IMG/VR virus record: IMGVR_UViG_3300026097_000008
Span: 90,977-154,976 of that record
Direction: 5' to 3' (one strand)
Origin: a virus
DNA length: 64,000 nt
The stretch's first letter is position 1; each line of letters opens with the position of its first letter. Shown in pieces: positions 27,650 to 35,910 of the stretch. The position numbers and the translations under genes were made by a program. The notes beneath the pieces are model-generated. The model did no database searches. It saw only the letters and a list, made by a program, of their open reading frames with translations, and was not told the origin of the DNA.

Positions 27650-28067
27650 GTTCTAAAAGTGCCGTCCTAAGTTTTTCTGACCCGCCTACTCTAACATTAA
27701 TAATACCATTGTAGTATTCATCTGTTTCAAGTACACGCCTGTCAAATTGTTCTCTTGCCTCTATGTAGGACATTTCGCCCCTACCTTTACATAGGTATAA
27801 TATTTCTCTTGTGAAGTTTTCTGGGCCTAGTGCTGCAACGTCAGCATTGAGTCTATCAGATGATCCCCAATAGTCTTTCCAATCGCTTTCTTTTGTGCCG
27901 CGCCTTTTATTTTTCTTGCCTTTGAGTGGAGGTTTGGTAGTTTTAAATTTTGCAAGTTTTTTGCCTATATATTTTTGCCCAGTAGTTAGATTGGTTATGA
28001 GATAAACAAAACCTTCGTATTCGTCTGGTATTGTTTCTATTACTTTGCCTTGATAAGTCCACTCCAT
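27621..28067 (-). CDS. GIY-YIG family endonuclease (single domain, 148 aa)
   Basis: 'GFVYLITNLTTGQKYIGKK', 'Y.GSS', catalytic-type E in 'YIEAREQ', C-terminal 'YYN'. Confidence 0.85.
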   Translation of the reverse strand: MEWTYQGKVIETIPDEYEGFVYLITNLTTGQKYIGKKLAKFKTTKPPLKGKKNKRRGTKESDWKDYWGSSDRLNADVAALGPENFTREILYLCKGRGEMSYIEAREQFDRRVLETDEYYNGIINVRVGGSEKLRTALLEHGKVKSSKT

Positions 28068-28091
28068 GCGTGTACTTACCGATTGCCTATG

Positions 28092-28289
28092 TTATTTGCT
28101 TTCTATCTTGGTTTGATGCTTTTCGTGTATTTCTTCCATGCGGGCCTTTGCAAGTTCTCGTATTTTTCTTAACCAACGCCTTGCTTCTCTGTGTGTTCGC
28201 ACACTATTTCGAGCCTCAAACTTTTCGTTTGCCTTAAAATAGGCCATGTATGCCTTTGTTAGTTGATCGTGTGTATCGTCTTCAATCAT
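28092..28289 (-). CDS. Small basic helical protein (possibly Hc1/histone-H1-like family)
   Basis: 65 aa, 'NEKFE...EARRWLRKIRELAKARMEEI'; coupled to gp46. Family call is tentative. Confidence 0.5.
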   Translation of the reverse strand: MIEDDTHDQLTKAYMAYFKANEKFEARNSVRTHREARRWLRKIRELAKARMEEIHEKHQTKIESK

Positions 28290-30061
28290 TAATCTACAAT
28301 GTCTATGTCATTTGCATATGACGTAAAGCCATTCTCCTTCACAACTTTCATAACATGATTAACTCTTCCAACTAATTCGTCTTTGTGCGAGATTAGATAG
28401 ACATTTTTATCACGTTCGCGCCCCATTTTCTTAAGGACGCTTAGTGCATTTTCTACACCAGCGGTATCCATACCGCTATCGATAAGTTCGTCAATGAACA
28501 GTAAGTTAATGTTTTGATATAAACTTTCCCAAACATCTCTAAATGCAAAGCTCATACCTAATATAAGTCTGTTGCGCTCACCACGACTCAGATTATCAAA
28601 GTCTAGATCCTGACCTAACTGTGTAATTTCAACGTTTAGATCATTTTGGAATACAACTTGATGCGGCAGACCCAAACGATCGAGATAGTATGTAAGTCTA
28701 TTGTTTAGATATGCGAGATTTTGATCAATAATTTTCTTACGTATAAAACTATCTTTGTTTGTAAGAAGTTTAAGCAAAAATTCTTGGTGTTCCTTAAAGC
28801 TTGTAAGATCATTTACAGGCATCCAGTCAATATCTTGTAGTGCAGTTTCTGTCAGATCGTTAATTTGTTCTTGATAAGGATCTGCTTCTGTTTGCTTTGC
28901 TTCTAATGTTTGTTTTAAACTATCAACATTCTGTCTATGTTCGTAAGCTTCTTTAGCAGTTTCATAAAATGTATTAGGACGTCCGTTGATATCGCCAATT
29001 TCACCTAATCCTGCAAGAACATCTTGTAGTTTTGTACTAACTTCGGTTTGATATGCTATTGCATCGTTTAATTCTTTAGTTTTTCTAGACAAAATTTCTT
29101 CTTTTTTGTCTGCGTGAAGCTCTTGTCCGCAAGTATAACATGTAGCATCGTCAAGATTTGAGATGTCTTTTTCTGCTTTTTCAACACTTTTATCAGCACG
29201 TAATAGTGCCGAGTCCAGTGTGCTTTTTTCCTTATTAAGAGCCAAAATAGCATTGTTCATTTCTGTCCAATTAGACAGTTTTTCGTGTGCTTCTAGCTCG
29301 GCATCAATATCTAGTTTTTCTAATTGTGCAATACCCTGTGATAATTTTTCACAATCTTGCTTCTGTTTAGATTGCCAAGCACGTTGTCTACCTTCTAATG
29401 TGCTAATGCTTTCATTAATTTTTTCATTAGCTGTTTGAATTGCATTAATTTTTGCAGTTTCCTCTGTGATTGCTTCTTTGGTCACACGAACTTGTTCTTT
29501 AAGTGCTTCTGCCTTTTCTGTAAGAATCGTAATACCTAACAATTGTTCGATAATAGCACGTTGATCATTTGCTCGCATACTTAAGAACGGCTCAGTGTAG
29601 GTATTAAGTGCAACAATATGCTTAAACATATCGTGACTCATGTTTAGTAAGTCATTAATAAATTCTTGTGTTTTACGACTATCGCCTTGCGATTCATCGA
29701 TCATTTCTTGTTCTTGATCATTAATATAAAACTTAAGAACGTTAGGCGAACGTCCTCTTTCAATACGATAATCTTGTCCATCTTTCTCAAAATGCAAAGT
29801 CACTAACATTCCCTTGCTATTTGTCTTATTAATAAGATTATTACGCTTGATGTTAGTCAATGCAGTACCGTATAATGCATACGATAGTGCATTAATAATA
29901 GTTGTTTTACCAGTACCATTGCGGGATCCGCTGTCGTCTCCGCCTTGATCTAGATTTTCACCTAGCACAAGTGTTAATTGTTCTCTATTAAAGTCAACAG
30001 CTTGAGTTTGATTGCCCACGCTCATAAAATTCTTGACGGTAAGATCTTTAATTTTTATCAT
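28289..30061 (-). CDS. gp46: Recombination endonuclease ATPase subunit (gp46, SbcC/Rad50-like)
   Basis: Walker A 'NGTGKTT', coiled coil with CxxC hook 'CYTCGQ', signature 'LSRGE', Walker B 'LLFIDE', H-loop 'ISHK'. Confidence 0.95.
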   Translation of the reverse strand: MIKIKDLTVKNFMSVGNQTQAVDFNREQLTLVLGENLDQGGDDSGSRNGTGKTTIINALSYALYGTALTNIKRNNLINKTNSKGMLVTLHFEKDGQDYRIERGRSPNVLKFYINDQEQEMIDESQGDSRKTQEFINDLLNMSHDMFKHIVALNTYTEPFLSMRANDQRAIIEQLLGITILTEKAEALKEQVRVTKEAITEETAKINAIQTANEKINESISTLEGRQRAWQSKQKQDCEKLSQGIAQLEKLDIDAELEAHEKLSNWTEMNNAILALNKEKSTLDSALLRADKSVEKAEKDISNLDDATCYTCGQELHADKKEEILSRKTKELNDAIAYQTEVSTKLQDVLAGLGEIGDINGRPNTFYETAKEAYEHRQNVDSLKQTLEAKQTEADPYQEQINDLTETALQDIDWMPVNDLTSFKEHQEFLLKLLTNKDSFIRKKIIDQNLAYLNNRLTYYLDRLGLPHQVVFQNDLNVEITQLGQDLDFDNLSRGERNRLILGMSFAFRDVWESLYQNINLLFIDELIDSGMDTAGVENALSVLKKMGRERDKNVYLISHKDELVGRVNHVMKVVKENGFTSYANDIDIVD

Positions 30062-31068
30062 AGTTCGTTATAAATGTCCAAAAGTGTTTTCTTGTCGTAG
30101 TTAGTAGTGTCTAATGCAGATATTTCTCCTGCAACAATCTGATCAACACTTTCAAAGTGCTGAATGTCTAATTGTGTCGAAATTTCTTCCATTTGTTTTT
30201 GCGGAATAAGACTTATCTCTCTACAGTTGTATTGTCTAATGAATGTCTCTTTGATAAATTGTGCTTCTTCATAACTGATAGGCTTATCAATAGTGACACG
30301 TAGGTACATTTTAGGTTTTATAATACTTTCGATATTATCTAGTAAATTGCTTAATGCTATAGTTCTGTATTTAGGACAATTAGGCCAGTTAATATATTCA
30401 GGTTCCTTGCCGTTTTCGCGATCAAGGATCATCATACCACGCTCGTCGTCTCCAGCATCTGCATAGTTATGGGGAAATGCATTACCTATATAGTGTACTT
30501 TACCTTGTTTTTGCCGCTTGTGAAAGTGACCACTGAATACATATTCTTGATTTTTAAAATGTTCTACTTTTAAATCACCATGATCAGGCATTTGCACCAT
30601 AGCGTTCATGTAAAAGCTAGGAAGTTCAAAGTGACCAAACATGTATTTGGCTTTGATCTTTTCAATCTTCTTCCATTCATCGCCTACTAGCCACGGAACA
30701 AGACACACGTCGTCTTCTTGATAAATTTCATCAACAAATGTAATACCTGGAATATGTTTTGCAAATGCAGTTGAATTTACGTCACGCTTGTCTTTGTAGT
30801 ATAAATCGTGGTTGCCGTCAAAGAAGTAAAACTTTTCAAAAGCAGAACCAAGTTTTTCCATACTACGAATGGTTGCATCCATAGTCGTAAGGTTAAGACT
30901 GTTGCGATTGTGATGCCAATCGCCACAAAAGATACCAGTTTCACAACCATTGGCTTGTGCTTGTTCGATAAACCAGTCGACAAATTCTTCGCAATCGTCG
31001 TTGTGTACACGCGAGTTGCCTTTTAGACCAAAATGGATGTCTGTAAACACCGCAGCTTTTTTAAACAA
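30058..31068 (-). CDS. gp47: Recombination endonuclease nuclease subunit (gp47, SbcD/Mre11-like)
   Basis: Metallophosphoesterase motifs 'DIHFG', 'GDWHH', 'GNHD', 'GHFE', 'SGHFH'. Confidence 0.95.
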   Translation of the reverse strand: MFKKAAVFTDIHFGLKGNSRVHNDDCEEFVDWFIEQAQANGCETGIFCGDWHHNRNSLNLTTMDATIRSMEKLGSAFEKFYFFDGNHDLYYKDKRDVNSTAFAKHIPGITFVDEIYQEDDVCLVPWLVGDEWKKIEKIKAKYMFGHFELPSFYMNAMVQMPDHGDLKVEHFKNQEYVFSGHFHKRQKQGKVHYIGNAFPHNYADAGDDERGMMILDRENGKEPEYINWPNCPKYRTIALSNLLDNIESIIKPKMYLRVTIDKPISYEEAQFIKETFIRQYNCREISLIPQKQMEEISTQLDIQHFESVDQIVAGEISALDTTNYDKKTLLDIYNEL

Positions 31069-31095
31069 AATTAAATTCCTCTTTTATGCTGTCTT

Positions 31096-31124
31096 ATAAT
31101 AGCAGTTTTTTTGACAGGTGTCAA
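31096..31124 (-). promoter_or_regulatory. Sigma70-type promoter for gp47-gp46 operon
   Basis: TTGACA-17 nt-TATTAT; the -35 box is half of the palindrome TTGACAggTGTCAA (31111-31124). Confidence 0.75.
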
Positions 31125-31134
31125 GAGAATTTTG

Positions 31135-31962
31135 TTATTTTTCATTATTTTCTGCTTCTCGTTTAAGAGCAGCTTCCCACTCTCCTGCATGTTGTCTAGT
31201 ATGACTTGGATTGAGATCGTTCATTTCTAGAATATCATCTCTAATGTTTTGATTGCGTTTTTCAATATTGATAACTCTTACAAATGAGTTTGTCACAGCC
31301 GCAGTATAATACGCAAAAGGATTCTGTGATTTTGATTCGTCAAACTGTAATCCAATCTGAGCAAGTTGTAGAATTGCTTGACCGCGCATTTCGTCATTGT
31401 AAGTATAACCACGAACATTACCGCGAGTAGCATATCGATCACACAATTTCATCCACATAAGTGCAAGTTTGTCAGTTGCCTTACCGTGATCTTTTGAAAA
31501 ATGTCCGTTTTCCATACCTCCTATCCAGTGACTTTTACCTACGCAAACAAGTTCGCCGTCCTCGTTAAACTTAAAATGTTGAAAAGGAGGAAAGTTAAGC
31601 TTAGTTTTTGTATCTGCAACAGTTTTTGGATTCTTTTTTCGTCCAGGTTCCTCTGGAATATGATCAAAAGTCATAATACGAAAGATAAGTTCTTCTTTTG
31701 TAATCTTTTTATAATCAACTTCGCATTCTGCTAATTTAATCTTTTCGCCTGCTAGTTTACGCGAATCAAAGTCTTGATGTTGCAATCTTTTTGCTTTGTT
31801 TCTTTTTGCTTCTGCTATTGTTCTAATATTAATTTTTTCAATACTAGGTAATATAATATCGTATTGCCCGTATTCTGATTCAACATAGCTACAAAACTTG
31901 TTTTTTGATTTGTGTATTTCTTTCAAAATATCTTTATTGTTAAGGTAATTTGTTTTCCTCAT
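31135..31962 (-). CDS. gp55: Late-transcription sigma factor (T4 gp55 family)
   Basis: 'NYLNNKD', 'GYTYNDEM', 'FDESKSQNPFAYYT..V.NSF.R.I..EK'; adjacent to gp47/gp46 as in T4-like phages. Confidence 0.9.
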   Translation of the reverse strand: MRKTNYLNNKDILKEIHKSKNKFCSYVESEYGQYDIILPSIEKINIRTIAEAKRNKAKRLQHQDFDSRKLAGEKIKLAECEVDYKKITKEELIFRIMTFDHIPEEPGRKKNPKTVADTKTKLNFPPFQHFKFNEDGELVCVGKSHWIGGMENGHFSKDHGKATDKLALMWMKLCDRYATRGNVRGYTYNDEMRGQAILQLAQIGLQFDESKSQNPFAYYTAAVTNSFVRVINIEKRNQNIRDDILEMNDLNPSHTRQHAGEWEAALKREAENNEK

Positions 31963-31983
31963 GAGTTCTCCGTTATTTTAACT

Positions 31984-32012
31984 ATTATAATATACGCAGA
32001 TAATTTTGTCAA
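31984..32012 (-). promoter_or_regulatory. Sigma70 consensus promoter for gp55
   Basis: Exact TTGACA-17 nt-TATAAT. Confidence 0.85.
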
Positions 32013-32013
32013 C

Positions 32014-32019
32014 TAAATA
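32014..32019 (+). promoter_or_regulatory. gp55-type late promoter (cTAAATA) for baseplate operon
   Basis: Back-to-back with the gp55 promoter; followed by AAGGAG RBS. Confidence 0.65.
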
Positions 32020-32040
32020 ATGTATAAGGAGACTAATCTC

Positions 32041-32928
32041 ATGGCCGGGTACGATGACGCAATTTTACGACAAGCTAGAGCACAACAAAGTTCTACACGT
32101 TCACAACAACGAAATTCTGTTAATCCACAACAGTCTGTACAAAACTTTTTAGGTTCAGCAGGCAGATTTGGACAAAATTTAGGCAATGCTGTTGTAGATG
32201 TTGGCAAACAAGTTGTAGGCGAAATTGCAAGTGCAACAGGATTTGGTAGATTTCTTCGAGGTGCAAATTTACCTGTATTTGGTATGCCAGGCGGAGCAGG
32301 GTTTGCTGAAGGCGCCTGGGCAAGTCAAGATCCTGGTGACTGGCGTGTGAGATTAAGTATTCCTCCTAATTTTAATTTACCTGGGCCGCTAGGTACAAAG
32401 CTAGCTGCTACTAACGGTATGGTGTTTCCTTATACACCGCAAATTATTTTGCAACATTCTGCACAGTATGGTCAGCTAAGACCTACACATAGTAATTATC
32501 CTTTTCCGGTATATCAGAGTAGCTCAGTTGATACAATTAGTATAACTGGAGAGTTTTTAGTAGAAAATACAGACGAAGCAAAATATTGGATAGCCGCTGT
32601 ACACTATCTTAGAAGCGTCACTAAAATGGCGTATGGTGAAACAAGTAATCAAGGATCGCCTCCTCCTGTGGTGCGACTAAACGGGTACGGAGACTTTGTC
32701 TTAAAAAACGTTCCTGTAGTTGTCACAGTATTCAATGTAGACATGCCTACAGATGTCGACTATTTGCATGTACCAGATATCGGACCGCAAGGCACATGGG
32801 TACCTGTAAGAAGTCAGATTGCAATCCAAGTCACACCAACATATAGTAGACGTGCTGTGCAGTCATTTAGTCTCGACAAATTTGTAGCAGGCGGATATGC
32901 TAACAGCAATGGAGTAGGATTTATCTAA
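32041..32928 (+). CDS. Baseplate tail-tube cap/initiator (gp48/gp54-like)
   Basis: Start moved from 32020 to the ATG at 32041 that follows AAGGAG. Tube-fold-type motifs 'FPYTPQI', 'ISITGEF', 'GSPPPVVRLNGYG..V.KNVPVVV'. Confidence 0.65.
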   Translation: MAGYDDAILRQARAQQSSTRSQQRNSVNPQQSVQNFLGSAGRFGQNLGNAVVDVGKQVVGEIASATGFGRFLRGANLPVFGMPGGAGFAEGAWASQDPGDWRVRLSIPPNFNLPGPLGTKLAATNGMVFPYTPQIILQHSAQYGQLRPTHSNYPFPVYQSSSVDTISITGEFLVENTDEAKYWIAAVHYLRSVTKMAYGETSNQGSPPPVVRLNGYGDFVLKNVPVVVTVFNVDMPTDVDYLHVPDIGPQGTWVPVRSQIAIQVTPTYSRRAVQSFSLDKFVAGGYANSNGVGFI

Positions 32929-33230
32929 TGGCAAGTTATACATCAACAAGTCCATGGCATAAAACAAATATAGTTAGAGGACAGTATCTGGATGTTTTAA
33001 CAATTCGACCTGTACCTGCAGAAAGTGACGATGTATTATACACAATAGAAGTTCAGTATACACATCGCCCTGACTTGCTAGCATACGATATGTATGGCGA
33101 TAAAAATCTTTGGTGGGTATTTGCCCAAAGGAACATGAATATAATAAAAGATCCTATTTACGATATTGAAGCAGGAGTAGAAATTTATGTTCCTAAGGGC
33201 GAAAAGCTACAACGAGTATTAGGAATCTAA
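32928..33230 (+). CDS. gp53: Baseplate wedge LysM-like protein (gp53-like)
   Basis: 'RPDLLAYDMYGDKNLWWVFA..N...I.DPI..IEAGVEIYVP'. Confidence 0.8.
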   Translation: MASYTSTSPWHKTNIVRGQYLDVLTIRPVPAESDDVLYTIEVQYTHRPDLLAYDMYGDKNLWWVFAQRNMNIIKDPIYDIEAGVEIYVPKGEKLQRVLGI

Positions 33231-35909
33231 ATGTCATTTGTACCCCAAAACTGGAAAGACAGATTAAGTGCAGCTGGTCGCTCTATAGAAGAACGTGCAG
33301 AAGGTGTAGCTAGCGGTTTAGCAAAAAATGTAGGGCAGTCTGCTCGAATAGATGTAAACGGAGTAGCTAGTGCAATAGAAGGTGCTGCTTCAGAGCTTAC
33401 TGGTGCTACAGTAGATTTAGCAAAGAGTGTAAATGGACTTACTGGACAAAGTATAGCAGATGGCATTAGTGGTGCTGTAGCAGGAGCAACAAGTGATTTT
33501 GTTAATGGCATTACCAATCAATTAGGAGGAGTGCTAGGAGGTCTCCTTGGCGGCGACAAACAACCTAATCCATTAGATCAATATGCAAGCTACAATTACG
33601 ATATTACACTAGGATGTTTAACCTCGTTCGAAGTAAATTTACCAGACTTTACTTATAGACGTAGAGAACCCTTTGTCACAGTTTTACGAAGCAGTGGCGG
33701 AGATACTAGAGGTAGTCGATTATTATTTGAAAACGGCGGAAAAACCGAATATTTTATAGATGACCTTGAAATCGATTCTATTGTTGCACCTAATGATAAT
33801 ACAAGACTTACTAATGCACATTCTATTAGTTTTAATATTTTAGAACCGTATAGTATGGGCAATTTTTTAGAAGCACTACAAGTCGCTGCTCTTACAGCAG
33901 GACATAAAAATTATATAGAAGCCCCTTATTGCCTTATTATTCAATTCAAGGGTTGGGATGATTTTGGAAGACCAATAAGCGTTCCGAATACTAGAAGAGT
34001 GTATCCTCTAAAATTTGTCGACATTAAATTTGATATAGACGAAGGTGGTAGTAATTATAAAGTTCAAGCTATACCTTATAATGAAGTTGCACTTACAGAT
34101 GAAAATCAAGCGTCTCATACGGACATACAAATACAAGGCAGAACAGTAGCTGAAATATTACAAACAGGAGCAGAAAGTTTATCCACAATTTTAAATAATA
34201 GAGAATTGCAAAGGGTAGAAGCAGGTCAAATAGAAACTGCAAATCAATATGTAATAATGTTTCCTACATCAACCAGCAGTGTAGAAGAAGCCTTACTTGC
34301 AGGTCCTGAGAATAATGACGGCGCAACTTCTGCCAGTTCTGCTGACAGTGAAAGTGCTGGTATGCGAGAACTTACAGAAGAACAAAAGCAAAGATTATTT
34401 GAAAGTATAACAGGAATTCAAAATGGAGAAGTTCCCGCAGACTTTGATGCAGAACTTGAAAAGATAGCCGGAATAGTTGTAAGAAGATCTGACTACGGCG
34501 AACAGATTAGAGAATACGCCGAAAAAGTAGAAAACACCAATGCAGTCGGCCAGGCATCTTTAGTAAAAACTAATTTAGACGGCGGCACTCAACCTATGGC
34601 AACTCCAAATTTAAGCGAAGATGAAAATCAACCAGGAAAATTTAATAGATGTCAGATTGGAAGAAGTCAAGACTTACGTTGTATGACTTTTAGTTCTGGT
34701 AAAAGAGTGCAAGATATGATCGAACAAGTTGTACTTGCTAGCGAATTTGGTAGAAGTATAGCAACTGCTGAATCAGACGCAAATGGGATGGTAAATTGGT
34801 TTAGAATAGAATCGCAAGTATACCTAGTGGGCGGAAGCGAACAAGTTGATAGAACTGGCGAACAAGCAAAAGTTTTTGCTTATAGAGTAGTGCCCTATAA
34901 AGTTCATAGGAGTGTATTCCAATCACCTACTCAGAGTGCTCCGGGAATTAATAATTTATTCAAACAAGCAGTTAAAGAATATAATTACATCTATACAGGA
35001 TTAAACAAAGATATAATAAATTTTGATATACGCTTTGATTTAGCTTTTTTTACCGGAGTAAATGGCGACCTAGGACAACTAAGTTCTGATTCTCAGCAAG
35101 GCGGCGCCCAAGAAATAGCTAGTGGCAATAATAGATCAACTCCAGCTATACCAGAGGGAAATACCGAAGCTCTAGCAAATGGAAAAATAAAAGAAAAAGT
35201 TCCAGGTGCAAACAAACTAGACGGTGGCGGCCTAGTCTTACATCCTGAAAATATTATAGGTATGAATTTCAACGAAAACCTTGTTAATAATCCTGTAGAC
35301 CTTGTAATGGTAGATTTAGAAATCGTAGGAGATCCGTATTACCTAGCGGATAGTGGTATAGGAAATTACAATTCACGTCCACTAGGAAGTTTGCTAAATC
35401 TAACTTCAGACGGCACCATGGCATATCAAGATAGTGAAGTAGACATTGCAATAAACTTTAGAACACCATTAGATTATGGATCCAATGGTTTAATGGAATT
35501 TCCTGGACTAGGAACTCAGCCTGTAAGAAAATTTAATGGGTTATATAAAGTTATTTTTGTAAAGCATACGTTTAATGGCGGACAATTTACACAAAAACTT
35601 GAATTAATTAGAAGACGCTCCCAAGACGTTGCAGCAGAGCTTGCATCCGTACAAAATACTGGCGCAGTAGAACTTGGAAGTTCAGATAAGCAAATTTCCG
35701 AAACTCCAGAGATATCAGCATCAGGCAGCGGAGCAAGTCGTGGAGGTACAGGTGGACAAGCGAGCCAAGGCACGCCTACTAGAGGAACCGAAGGATACGG
35801 TGAAGGTCAAGTTGACCCTGGCATAAATCGTGCAGCAACACAAGCAGAAGCTACAAGAGTAAGCAATGTTCAGTCTGCTAGAGCAAACGGCGCAAACATA
35901 GGATTCTAG
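33231..35909 (+). CDS. Baseplate hub protein (gp27 / late control D-like)
   Basis: Between gp53 and gp5; C-terminal 'LEIVGDP...GLYKVIFVKHTFNGGQFTQKLELIR' typical of hub proteins. Confidence 0.65.
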   Translation: MSFVPQNWKDRLSAAGRSIEERAEGVASGLAKNVGQSARIDVNGVASAIEGAASELTGATVDLAKSVNGLTGQSIADGISGAVAGATSDFVNGITNQLGGVLGGLLGGDKQPNPLDQYASYNYDITLGCLTSFEVNLPDFTYRRREPFVTVLRSSGGDTRGSRLLFENGGKTEYFIDDLEIDSIVAPNDNTRLTNAHSISFNILEPYSMGNFLEALQVAALTAGHKNYIEAPYCLIIQFKGWDDFGRPISVPNTRRVYPLKFVDIKFDIDEGGSNYKVQAIPYNEVALTDENQASHTDIQIQGRTVAEILQTGAESLSTILNNRELQRVEAGQIETANQYVIMFPTSTSSVEEALLAGPENNDGATSASSADSESAGMRELTEEQKQRLFESITGIQNGEVPADFDAELEKIAGIVVRRSDYGEQIREYAEKVENTNAVGQASLVKTNLDGGTQPMATPNLSEDENQPGKFNRCQIGRSQDLRCMTFSSGKRVQDMIEQVVLASEFGRSIATAESDANGMVNWFRIESQVYLVGGSEQVDRTGEQAKVFAYRVVPYKVHRSVFQSPTQSAPGINNLFKQAVKEYNYIYTGLNKDIINFDIRFDLAFFTGVNGDLGQLSSDSQQGGAQEIASGNNRSTPAIPEGNTEALANGKIKEKVPGANKLDGGGLVLHPENIIGMNFNENLVNNPVDLVMVDLEIVGDPYYLADSGIGNYNSRPLGSLLNLTSDGTMAYQDSEVDIAINFRTPLDYGSNGLMEFPGLGTQPVRKFNGLYKVIFVKHTFNGGQFTQKLELIRRRSQDVAAELASVQNTGAVELGSSDKQISETPEISASGSGASRGGTGGQASQGTPTRGTEGYGEGQVDPGINRAATQAEATRVSNVQSARANGANIGF

Positions 35910-35910
35910 A

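Noticed and set aside
32020-32040. ORF-track start at 32020
   Set aside because: It abuts the late promoter; the AAGGAG RBS supports ATG 32041.
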